This document shows positions 19,671 to 28,529 of a stretch of 64,000 nt of DNA, piece after piece. The number at the start of each line of letters is the position of its first letter. Within the stretch, counting starts at the first letter, position 1. A model generated the notes under the pieces. It saw only the letters and a program-made list of their open reading frames with translations. It had not been told where the DNA came from and made no database searches. Position numbers and translations under genes: made by a program. The stretch covers positions 68,605 to 132,604 of the forward strand of contig JAUWJD010000004.1 of the NCBI GenBank assembly GCA_030607875.1, in the 5' to 3' direction. The stretch comes from Chloroflexota bacterium (lineage in GTDB: Bacteria; Chloroflexota; Anaerolineae; UBA2200).

Positions 19671-21518
19671 ATGGCCAAGAGCCAACCCACGCAGCGAGAA
19701 CTGTTTGAGGTAGCCGAACTCCCCGGCCGGCCGATGCTGCACTGGCACGGCAAGCGCCCCCTGCAGGAAATCCCCTACTACCCTGCCCAACTGCGCGAAC
19801 GCTACGGTGACCTCCCCTCTCCCCCTGGGAGAGGGGCCGGGGGTGAGGGCGAGGGCCGTCCCTGGGCCAACCGCCTCTACTGGGGTGACAATCTCCAGGT
19901 GATGGCCCACCTGCTGCGCGAATTCCGCGGCAAGATCAAGCTGATCTACATTGATCCGCCCTTCGACTCTGGCGCTGACTACCGCAAGCACGTCAAGCTG
20001 CGCGGCACCTCGGTGCAGACCGACCTAGGTGTGCTCGAAGAGCGGCAGTACACCGACATCTGGAGCAACGACCTCTACCTGCAGTACATCTACGAGCGGC
20101 TGATCCTGATGCGGGAATTGCTCACAGAGGATGGGAGTATCCATCTGCATTGCGATTGGCACCGTGTGCATCATCTGCGGTGTGTGATGGACGAGGTCTT
20201 TGGCGCAGACAACTTCAAGAATGAGATTGTGTGGTGGTACTACAACAAGATGCAGGGAAATGTGAAACGCTTCGCGTCAAACCATGACACCGTCTTGTAC
20301 TACGCCAAGTCAGACAGGTTCACGTTCAATCGGCAGACGGAGCCTCGCGACAGGCCAGTTAGGCAACTCAAGCGCGCGTGGGATCCCGAAGAGGGCAAGC
20401 TTGTCAACGTAAGGGACGAGGAAGGAAACATAGTCTACATCGAATCTACTGAGCGAACTGTGGATGATGTGTGGCGCCTATCCATGCTGCAACCGGCCGA
20501 TACTACAGAGAATCTTCGGTTCCCAACTCAAAAGCCTGAGTCGCTCGTTCGTAGAATCGTCTGTGCGTCTTCAAACCCCGGTGACGTTGTCGCTGACTTC
20601 TTTGTCGGCTCGGGGACAACGCTGGCCGTGGCACAGAAACTGGGCCGGCGCTGGATCGGCGCGGACATCAACCTGGGAGCCATCCACACCACGGCCCAGC
20701 GCCTGTCGCGCATCATTGAGGAGCAGCAGGCCCAGGCTCAGCAGTTGGAGTTGCCCGACGGCGACCAGAAACCGGCTTTTTCCGAAGAACCGAGTTTCCA
20801 TCCCGTTTTCGAGCTCTACAACGTCAACCACTATGAAGTGTTCAAGAACGCCGAAGAAGCCCGCGACATCATCCTGCAACTCTACGGCGTACAGCCGCTC
20901 AAGGGCCACCGCTTCTTCGACGGCATCCTGGACGGTCGCTGGGTCAAGGTGGTGGACCTCAACCGCATCTGCTCCAAGCTGGACATCCAGACCATCTTCG
21001 ACAACCTGCCGCCCGACGACACGCGCGGCGTGGTGGTGCTCTGCTCCGGCCACGAGTACGATGTGCCGGAGGTCATCAAACAGCGTAACTTGCTGAACAT
21101 CCCCTTTGAAGTGCGTGACATCCTCACCGACCGCAAGGATGTCATCTTCAAGCGGCTGCCGGAGGCGCAGCTCAAGCTGACCCGCGCCAACGGCCATCTC
21201 ACCCTGACCATCGAGCAGTTCTACTCGCCGCTGCTGCTGCAAAAGCTGTCGCTGGAGGACGAGCCCGAAGCCATCGAAGACTGGCGGCAGATCGTGGCCT
21301 CAGTGCTCATTGACCCCGCCTACGATGGCGAAGTCTTCCACGCCCGCATCACCGATACCCCCGCCCGGCGCGACGAATTGGTGAGCGGTGAGTACACGTG
21401 GGAGGTAAGGGAGTACAGGGAAGGCCAGGTGGCCGTGAAGATTGTGGACGTCCTGGACGAGACGTGGTTTGGAGTGGTAGACTTGCAAAGCGAGCCTGGG
21501 GATTCCCTGGCGGATTAA
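19671..21518 (+). CDS. Type III Mod-like beta-class N6/N4 amino-DNA methyltransferase
   Basis: Motif IV IDPPF (19953-19964) precedes motif I DFFVGSGTT (20595-20621), which is the beta-class order. A variable middle region lies between them, and a long C-terminal extension follows. I chose the start at MAKSQP; the track start is 19632. Confidence 0.85.
   Translation: MAKSQPTQRELFEVAELPGRPMLHWHGKRPLQEIPYYPAQLRERYGDLPSPPGRGAGGEGEGRPWANRLYWGDNLQVMAHLLREFRGKIKLIYIDPPFDSGADYRKHVKLRGTSVQTDLGVLEERQYTDIWSNDLYLQYIYERLILMRELLTEDGSIHLHCDWHRVHHLRCVMDEVFGADNFKNEIVWWYYNKMQGNVKRFASNHDTVLYYAKSDRFTFNRQTEPRDRPVRQLKRAWDPEEGKLVNVRDEEGNIVYIESTERTVDDVWRLSMLQPADTTENLRFPTQKPESLVRRIVCASSNPGDVVADFFVGSGTTLAVAQKLGRRWIGADINLGAIHTTAQRLSRIIEEQQAQAQQLELPDGDQKPAFSEEPSFHPVFELYNVNHYEVFKNAEEARDIILQLYGVQPLKGHRFFDGILDGRWVKVVDLNRICSKLDIQTIFDNLPPDDTRGVVVLCSGHEYDVPEVIKQRNLLNIPFEVRDILTDRKDVIFKRLPEAQLKLTRANGHLTLTIEQFYSPLLLQKLSLEDEPEAIEDWRQIVASVLIDPAYDGEVFHARITDTPARRDELVSGEYTWEVREYREGQVAVKIVDVLDETWFGVVDLQSEPGDSLAD
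19814..19836. repeat. Perfect 9-bp GC-rich hairpin (cccctctcc-N5-ggagagggg) inside the Mod coding sequence
   Basis: I read this directly. It encodes the in-frame Gly/Pro-rich insert LPSPPGRGAGGEGEGRP. Confidence 0.6.
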
Positions 21519-21561
21519 CGAACCATTCTCAGCGATAGTTGGAGCTTGAGGAGGCGGAAAT

Positions 21562-23385
21562 ATGAACTTAGAAGAACAACTCCGAGGTAGATCTTTCGAA
21601 CAGATTCCAATCAGAGTCACTTCTGGGATCCTACTTCACATAGGAGCAGGCATCTACAATTCAGTTGCAGGAGCAATAAAGGAACTTGTGAGTAATTCCT
21701 TTGATGCAGATGCTACTCGTGTCGTCATCTCAACAGACTACCCAAACTTTGAACAGATAAAGGTTGTAGACAATGGGCTTGGTATGACTCCAGGGCATTT
21801 CGCCAAAGCCATGCAATCAATCGGAAGTAGTCTCAAGGGTATACTACAACCAACTGGACTAACACCTATCTTCAAACGTCCCATAATCGGACACTTGGGC
21901 ATTGGGCTGATGGCACTGACTCAGGTGTGCGGAGAGGCTACTATCGAGTCACAGATTCCTGACTCGGATACCAAATTCGTTGCTCAACTGGATTTCTCTC
22001 AATTCAGACAGCGCAAGCAGAGGCAGACTGAAGCCGCAAAGGTGGACATTTTCCGCGAGTTAGCGACGGCCTACGGTGGACTTGAGGAGATGAAACAGCG
22101 TCTGGAAAGCCTGGACCCTGAATCCGATGTATATATTGAGATGTTGGCACAGTATGAATTGGCAAGTAGAGCGGAAATGGTTTTCAGAGAACGGGGCATG
22201 GAAGACCCAGAGAAGGAGCACTTGGGCTATTGCGTGCTTTTTCCTGATCTGCCAGCCGTTCCGAATCAGCAGGGCACTACTATTACTCTGACCAAGATTG
22301 ATGAAGGCGTCCGAGCTTCACTGCTAGATAAGGGCAGATCGCCAGATGCAATACCTCAGCATTACAAAGACAGAGGTATGACGTGGAGTGAATACCGTGA
22401 TGAGGTAAACAATTGGCCTTGGGATGAGCTTTGCAAGCGACTGCGGATGAAAACAAGTCAACTAGCCTATCAGTCATTGCCGCGATATCATCAATTTCTC
22501 TGGGAACTTTCCAGTATGATACCTGTACAATACCTGGAAGAAGGCCCTGTTCTGCTGGAGACTGATCTGCTAAGGCGGAAGAAAAAGGAACTCGATCGCT
22601 TCAGTTTCTCCGTGCTCGTGGACAATCGCCCTTTGTTGAAGCCTATTCTGTTGCCATCAGGCGCTGTGGCTCGTGAAGACAAACTGGAGCGAGGGTATGA
22701 TTACTATCTAGAAACTTTCAGTCAACAAGATGAGACGGTTGATGAGGAGCTTCTGAAATACGAGGGTTACATATTCTGGCAAAGAAAGCAGGTAGAGCCT
22801 AGCGCCGTGCGAGGCATTCAAGTCTACATCCGTAATGTTGGTATTGGGCTTTATGACCAAACACTGATGGGTTTTTCCGTAGTGAACCCAACATCCAGAG
22901 CAGGGCAGATGTCGGGAGAGATATATGTTGAAGAAGGGCTTGAGCGAGCCTTGAGCGTTGATCGAAACAGTTTTCGCGAGACGGATGCTCACTACATTGC
23001 CCTACAGGAGCATTTGTGGGAACTAATTGGATCAGCGACCCGTGAGGACGGCATCATGGGTATGTCTGTGGAGGCCTACTGGAAACGCAGAGACCGGCGC
23101 GAAGAACAAGCCCTTGAAGAGCATATCCAGACACTCGCGGAGCAGGTGCAGCAAGCTAGTGGCGGCAAGTTCGTTCTCGAGTTTTCTGATCAGGAAAAGC
23201 CGCAGCCATATGTCGTAAGAGATAACCAGATAACTGTGTACGATGGCTCATCCAGTTGGCCCCGCTCAAGTTCGGAACGTCGTTTATACCAGCAGTTGTT
23301 AGCTCCGATAAAGGCGGCTATCGCAACGGGCGCGTCCGCTGAACAAGTGCTGGATCTTCTGGAAGAGATTCTGTTGAAGCAATAG
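21562..23385 (+). CDS. GHKL-superfamily (HATPase_c_3 / MORC- or MutL-like) ATPase
   Basis: Bergerat-fold motifs are present: N-box ELVSNSFDA (21682-21705), DNGLGM (21769-21786) and GHLGIGLMA. A GAGGAGG RBS precedes the gene. The product is 607 aa. Confidence 0.8.
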   Translation: MNLEEQLRGRSFEQIPIRVTSGILLHIGAGIYNSVAGAIKELVSNSFDADATRVVISTDYPNFEQIKVVDNGLGMTPGHFAKAMQSIGSSLKGILQPTGLTPIFKRPIIGHLGIGLMALTQVCGEATIESQIPDSDTKFVAQLDFSQFRQRKQRQTEAAKVDIFRELATAYGGLEEMKQRLESLDPESDVYIEMLAQYELASRAEMVFRERGMEDPEKEHLGYCVLFPDLPAVPNQQGTTITLTKIDEGVRASLLDKGRSPDAIPQHYKDRGMTWSEYRDEVNNWPWDELCKRLRMKTSQLAYQSLPRYHQFLWELSSMIPVQYLEEGPVLLETDLLRRKKKELDRFSFSVLVDNRPLLKPILLPSGAVAREDKLERGYDYYLETFSQQDETVDEELLKYEGYIFWQRKQVEPSAVRGIQVYIRNVGIGLYDQTLMGFSVVNPTSRAGQMSGEIYVEEGLERALSVDRNSFRETDAHYIALQEHLWELIGSATREDGIMGMSVEAYWKRRDRREEQALEEHIQTLAEQVQQASGGKFVLEFSDQEKPQPYVVRDNQITVYDGSSSWPRSSSERRLYQQLLAPIKAAIATGASAEQVLDLLEEILLKQ

Positions 23386-23398
23386 GGAGCGTGCAACG

Positions 23399-24490
23399 AT
23401 GCCTGGAAGGTCTAAAAGGGAAGAGCGTAAGCAAAGGCTCGAGGAGGAAGGAGTTCCAGGACGAATTCGCGAACAGGCTGAGCGTCAAAAGGAACTCTTC
23501 TTCTTGGAGCGGGATCCTATCAAGCAGTATGTTCGTCACTTTGGTTGGCTTCAGATTGTCCAGGACTATGTGCAACGACGGCGAGACGATGGTGTAAACC
23601 GACCTTTAAGGTATCTCACTTTGCCTGGACCCAACGCCACGGATGTAGGGGTGCTGTGGCGCGCGGGCCTACTTGTTAGAACGGATGAAGGGTTTCCGGA
23701 CCTGGTAATCTGTGACGAGAAGTTCGCCGATGAGGCTTTGATGGTTTTAGGCGCGGTTGACGGCGTCAGCAGACAATCGCTCATCTATGCAGTAAAGAAA
23801 GACTTGGTCCCTTATTTCCCCTTCGATGTCATCAATTTGGATATGTACGGAGCCGTGGTCACCGGTAGCCCCACACGGCGCAGAGCTCTGCGGACACTGA
23901 TAGCTGTTCGACAGATCATCTATCTGCAAAGAGGGCAAAGCTTCCTTCTTCTTCTGACCTGTTCAACCGATGATCTCTCGGCCCACACTTACTTGGAAGA
24001 GTGCCTCTTGGGAAACTTCAATGAAGATGATTTCCGAAAGGCTTATCTTGAACGATATGGAAGGCTCGATTCCAATCCTTTCCAAAATGACTACAGAACC
24101 TTTGTGGGCCTGGTTCTCCCAAAAGCCATTGGAAGGATGGCTAGGAAACGTGGCTACAAAATAGCCGAACACTTTGCAGCCGAGTACGATAGAAGAAGCC
24201 ACCATATATTGTGCCATGGTTTTGAGCTGGAGCCTTTGGGGAGAAAGAAGCCTGAGAAGAAGTACGAAGCTCACTTCGAAAACGTCGAGTGGGATGAGCT
24301 AAATGAAGAACTAACTGGTTCAACTCGGGACCTTGCGAACAAGGCTTATCTGGAGTTTATTCCGACCCTTGTACAGCGGGATCTACTTGATGTTCAAAAT
24401 ATCTTGCGGTCGAATCCCGACTTGGAGATCCGGATGAAGCAAGAAGCAAAATCATATGTCGGGTGGGAAAAATCGAATGAGCCAGAGTGA
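23399..24490 (+). CDS. Hypothetical protein (363 aa) in the R-M-like operon; no family recognised
   Basis: The ORF has a coding-like composition. It starts 14 nt after the GHKL gene and overlaps the next gene. Local patterns YLTLPGPNATD and FDVINLDMYG weakly recall a Rossmann/MTase-like fold. Confidence 0.6.
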   Translation: MPGRSKREERKQRLEEEGVPGRIREQAERQKELFFLERDPIKQYVRHFGWLQIVQDYVQRRRDDGVNRPLRYLTLPGPNATDVGVLWRAGLLVRTDEGFPDLVICDEKFADEALMVLGAVDGVSRQSLIYAVKKDLVPYFPFDVINLDMYGAVVTGSPTRRRALRTLIAVRQIIYLQRGQSFLLLLTCSTDDLSAHTYLEECLLGNFNEDDFRKAYLERYGRLDSNPFQNDYRTFVGLVLPKAIGRMARKRGYKIAEHFAAEYDRRSHHILCHGFELEPLGRKKPEKKYEAHFENVEWDELNEELTGSTRDLANKAYLEFIPTLVQRDLLDVQNILRSNPDLEIRMKQEAKSYVGWEKSNEPE

Positions 24491-25832
24491 GAATTTGACA
24501 ACGAGTCTAATTGACAGGCTGCTTCTCAAAGATGCTCGTCTCTTGACGGGAGTTCTTTCCTCCACTGATCCTCGTGTGGATGTCATAATCACCTCCCCGC
24601 CTTACTGGGATTTGAAGGACTACAAAATACCCAACCAGATTGGGTACGGCCAGACCAAAGGCAAATACCTTGACGATATGGAGAAAGTCCTGAGGGATTG
24701 TCTTCTAGCAACGAAGCCAACTGGCTCCTTGTGGCTTGTCGTTGACACCTATCGAGAAGACGGCGAATTGCAGCTTCTTCCCTTGGAACTGGCTGAGCGT
24801 GCCCGCCAAGCGGGCTGGAAGCTCCGCGATCTAATCGTGTGGGACAAGCAGCATAGCGTTCCTTGGCATAGAAAGGGACAACTACGAAATATCTCCGAAT
24901 TCATTCTTTTCATGACCAAGTCCGATGACTACAAATACTATGTGGAACGTATCAAGACCCTGGATGAGATTAGCAAATGGTGGGTAGATTTCCCGGAGCG
25001 GTTCAATCCGAAGGGCAAGACGCCGACAAACATATGGAGCATTCCGATGAGACCTCGGGGGACATGGCGCAAGCCATCCAAACTCGATCACTGCTGCTCA
25101 TTCCCCACCGCGCTAGTGGCACGGATCATCGAACTCACGACCGACCCCGGTGATCTAGTGATGGACCCTTTTGCTGGATCAGGCGTTGTGCTGGCTCAGG
25201 CTGCTACGATGGGGCGCCACTACATAGGATTCGAGGTCAATGAGGAATATGTCCAAATGTTTGAAGAAACAGTCAAAGACGAGGTGGCCGCTGAGTGGAA
25301 GGAGATGAGGGCCTGGAGAAAAAGCCAGGCAGATGCCAAAGTTGATTTCGAGCAGACGATTATGAAATTAAGAGCATTGAAGTACGCGCGTCAAGTAACC
25401 AGGCCCTTCCTCGAAGTGCTCAAGCCAGAACAACAAGCCCAGATTTGCGCCATTCTATGCACAGCGTCAATCCCTAGTGAACATCAACGTGGTCGTCCCT
25501 TTGATGTCAAGGTCTTGATAGTGGTGGATCGAAGCCTTCCTGAGTTCGAGACAGCTCTTGAAAAAGCCAGGGCTAGGGCGGCACGACCGCCGCTGACTCA
25601 ATATGGCATACGCTCAGATATACAAATTGCTACCTATTCGGATCTAAGGTGCCAAGGTGACCTTGTCGATCATACGTTATACCTGTACCCCAAATACAAG
25701 TCCCGCAAGTGCACAGCCAGTGGCTCGTTGCAAAGCTGGTTTGAAACGGGACAACTGAAAGAGTTAGGCGGGGATGGCAAGGTGCCAATGCTTGCAAATG
25801 TCGCTGTAGACGTTGCATGGGTATTGGAGTAA
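24477..25832 (+). CDS. Beta-class N4-cytosine/N6-adenine DNA methyltransferase
   Basis: Motif IV TSPPY (24594-24605) precedes motif I DPFAGSGVV (25164-25190). An alternative start is 24456. Either start overlaps the upstream gene. Confidence 0.85.
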   Translation: MSQSENLTTSLIDRLLLKDARLLTGVLSSTDPRVDVIITSPPYWDLKDYKIPNQIGYGQTKGKYLDDMEKVLRDCLLATKPTGSLWLVVDTYREDGELQLLPLELAERARQAGWKLRDLIVWDKQHSVPWHRKGQLRNISEFILFMTKSDDYKYYVERIKTLDEISKWWVDFPERFNPKGKTPTNIWSIPMRPRGTWRKPSKLDHCCSFPTALVARIIELTTDPGDLVMDPFAGSGVVLAQAATMGRHYIGFEVNEEYVQMFEETVKDEVAAEWKEMRAWRKSQADAKVDFEQTIMKLRALKYARQVTRPFLEVLKPEQQAQICAILCTASIPSEHQRGRPFDVKVLIVVDRSLPEFETALEKARARAARPPLTQYGIRSDIQIATYSDLRCQGDLVDHTLYLYPKYKSRKCTASGSLQSWFETGQLKELGGDGKVPMLANVAVDVAWVLE

Positions 25833-25839
25833 TAGAGTA

Positions 25840-28374
25840 ATGACCGAGCCGGTGGCTGATTTTCAAGCTCTCCTATCAGCGGCTTTCGCTGTTGAACGTC
25901 GTGAGCCTAAAGACCCGACCCTGCGCTACGGCGGCTCTGGCCGCAGCGAGGACAAACTGCGCGAGTTCACCAGCACGCCCTTCTACCATGCACTGCTGCC
26001 GGAGACGCAGAACATCCTGCGTCACATCCGGCGCGTGGAGTGGCTCCGTCCGCCGCAGGTGGATGCCCTGGAACTGTACATCTACCTAAAAGAGGTGCGC
26101 GGCAACCCCACCACCCAGCAACTGTACCGCGAAGTGCTGCTGGGGGACATCGAGGGCAAATCGGCCCTGGAGCTGACCGCTGCCGAGTTGGAGCGGCTCA
26201 AGGCGGCCAAGGCCCAGATTGAGGCCATCGAACAGACCCTGATGGGCGTGGACTATCCCAACACCATCTACTCCCTGGCCATGGGTACCGGCAAGACCAT
26301 CCTGGTCGCGGCGATGATCTTTTACGAGTTCGTGCTCTCCTGGAAGCACCCCGACGGTCCCCGCTTCGCCAGGAATGCCCTGGTCTCTGCCCCGGACCTG
26401 ACCGTCATCGATTCCCTGCGCGAGATACAGGCACTCGACCGCTCGCGTATCCTGCCTGGAGAGTACGTCAACTTCCTCGATACCAACCTAAAGTTCCACT
26501 ACCTGGCCGACTCGGGCGCTGAACTGACCGTGCTGCCCGGTTCTGCCTATAACATCATCGTCTCCAACGTGCAAAAGATCATCCTGCGCCGCTACCGCCG
26601 CCCCAGCGATGCCCGCACGCTGTTCGGTGATACGCGCCGCGCCGAAGCTGAACTGGTCTCTAACCGGCGCTTGCAGCGCCTGCAGGAACTGGACAACCTG
26701 GCTATCTTCGTGGACGAAGCCCACCACTCCTTCGGCCGCTCCCTGGAGGGCAACCTGAAGCGCGTGCGAGAGACCATCAACCACCTGCACACGCGGACAC
26801 CGCTGGTCGGCTGCGTCAACCTGACCGGCACCCCCTACGTGAACAACCGCATGTTGCCTGAGGTGGTCTACCACTACCCCCTGGCTGACTCTATCCAGGA
26901 CGGTCACCTCAAAGAGGTGCGCTTCTACGACTATAGCCGGGTCAAGACCGAGGAGTTCGTTCGCGACGTGGTGGGCCGCTTCTGGGAAGCCTACGGGGAG
27001 CAGCGGAGCGAGGGGCTGCTGCCCAAAATGGCCGTTTACTGCGCCACCATCCGCGAACTGGAGAGTGAATTCCGCCCTTTGCTGGAGAAGGTGCTGGTTG
27101 AGCTAGGCATCCCTACGGCCAAGATTCTGGTCAACCACAGCAAGGTAGATGACGACGCGGTGCGCCGCTTCCGCGAGCTGGACACGCCGGATTCACCCTA
27201 CCAGTTCATCCTGCTGGTGGGTAAGGGCACCGAGGGCTGGAACTGCCGCAGCCTTTTCAGCACGGCCCTCTACCGCCGGCCCCACAGCCGCGTCTTTCTG
27301 CTGCAATCCTCGATGCGCTGCCTGCGCTCCATCGGCGACATGCCCCAGACGGCCAGTATCTTTCTGTCCACCGAGAACCGCAACGTGCTGGAGAAGGAGA
27401 TCGCGGCTAACCTGGGCACCAGTATGGATGCATTGCAACGGCAGAAGAACCGACGGCGCATCACCATCAAGGTCCTCAAAGCCAAGAAAGTGCGCCTCAA
27501 GAAGCCCATTACCCGCATCGTGCAGCGCCGCCGAGCAAAGATCGGCTCTCTGGCCTTTGGGCTGGACAGCGTTGACCTGAGCCTGTACGAGCCAGTGGTC
27601 ACCTTGACCAAGGGTCTGGAGATGCGCACTGCAGAGGCCGAGAAGGTGTACCGGCTTCAGCGCTGCTACAACTCGTACTCGCTGGTGGAGGAGGCGGCGC
27701 GTTTCACCGGCCTGCCTTGCCTGGAGGTGGAGCGCATCCTGCGCCAGTCCGACGATGGGATTGATAGTGTGCTGGACTATGTGAATCGCGAGAACGCCCT
27801 GCTCCACGACGTTGTGATTCCTGCAATCCAGGATGCCCTGTTCGAATACGAGGAAAAGAGCGGCTCGAGCGAGGAGGAGGTGGCACTGGCGGCCAATTTC
27901 CCTGTAGAGCGGTACGTCAGCGGGGATCAAGAAAGGTTGGTGATGCGGCCAGACGGTGGCCGTGAGCGCAGCTACCACCTGGATCATTACATCTTCGACT
28001 CTGGCGAGGAACGAAGGCTCTTCGAGATGTTGCTGACCCACGAACGGGTGGAGGAGGTCTACTTCACCGGCGGCATCACCGACCCCGCGCACAACGAATT
28101 CTACATCGAATACTACGATGGGCAGGCGGGTCGCTGGCGCAGGTACTTCCCTGATTTCTTCCTCAAGTTTGCCGACGACGGCTGGATGGTGATCGAAGTA
28201 AAACGCCAGGACCAGACCGAGCATCCTAACGTCAAGGCCAAGGATGACGCCGCTCGCCAGGTCTTTGAAACGCTGAACGGCATCCTCTACCACGTCAAGC
28301 CCGACGACCAGATCCGTCGGGGCGAGATCCACGACATCTTTCAACGTGCTGTGCCTCCGCCAGCGGGTGCGTGA
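25840..28374 (+). CDS. Type III Res-like SF2 DEAH helicase with a C-terminal PD-(D/E)xK-type nuclease motif
   Basis: Helicase motif I AMGTGKT (26278-26298), motif II DEAH (26713-26724) and motif III LTGTPY are present. The C-terminal YFPDFF...WMVIEVKRQD (28144-28206) is nuclease-like. I chose the start at MTEPVA after a GGAG. Confidence 0.85.
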   Translation: MTEPVADFQALLSAAFAVERREPKDPTLRYGGSGRSEDKLREFTSTPFYHALLPETQNILRHIRRVEWLRPPQVDALELYIYLKEVRGNPTTQQLYREVLLGDIEGKSALELTAAELERLKAAKAQIEAIEQTLMGVDYPNTIYSLAMGTGKTILVAAMIFYEFVLSWKHPDGPRFARNALVSAPDLTVIDSLREIQALDRSRILPGEYVNFLDTNLKFHYLADSGAELTVLPGSAYNIIVSNVQKIILRRYRRPSDARTLFGDTRRAEAELVSNRRLQRLQELDNLAIFVDEAHHSFGRSLEGNLKRVRETINHLHTRTPLVGCVNLTGTPYVNNRMLPEVVYHYPLADSIQDGHLKEVRFYDYSRVKTEEFVRDVVGRFWEAYGEQRSEGLLPKMAVYCATIRELESEFRPLLEKVLVELGIPTAKILVNHSKVDDDAVRRFRELDTPDSPYQFILLVGKGTEGWNCRSLFSTALYRRPHSRVFLLQSSMRCLRSIGDMPQTASIFLSTENRNVLEKEIAANLGTSMDALQRQKNRRRITIKVLKAKKVRLKKPITRIVQRRRAKIGSLAFGLDSVDLSLYEPVVTLTKGLEMRTAEAEKVYRLQRCYNSYSLVEEAARFTGLPCLEVERILRQSDDGIDSVLDYVNRENALLHDVVIPAIQDALFEYEEKSGSSEEEVALAANFPVERYVSGDQERLVMRPDGGRERSYHLDHYIFDSGEERRLFEMLLTHERVEEVYFTGGITDPAHNEFYIEYYDGQAGRWRRYFPDFFLKFADDGWMVIEVKRQDQTEHPNVKAKDDAARQVFETLNGILYHVKPDDQIRRGEIHDIFQRAVPPPAGA

Positions 28375-28529
28375 CGTCCGTTGTTGCGTAGACAATTCAG
28401 GCCTCTGGCAACAGCTAAAGCCCGGCTCATTCACTGACTGGGCATAGCGCTGCTTACATCCCTCACTATTCGACGTTGTGTTTTGAACTCACCCTCCGCC
28501 GAGACTGCGGGCGGAGCAAAGGAACGTGA

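Noticed and set aside
27193-28434. A 413-aa ORF on the minus strand, antisense to the Res helicase-nuclease gene
   Set aside because: This is a shadow ORF in GC-rich DNA. Its product is low-complexity (Val/Leu/Gly/His/Gln-rich) with no motifs. The plus-strand frame carries clear helicase and nuclease motifs.
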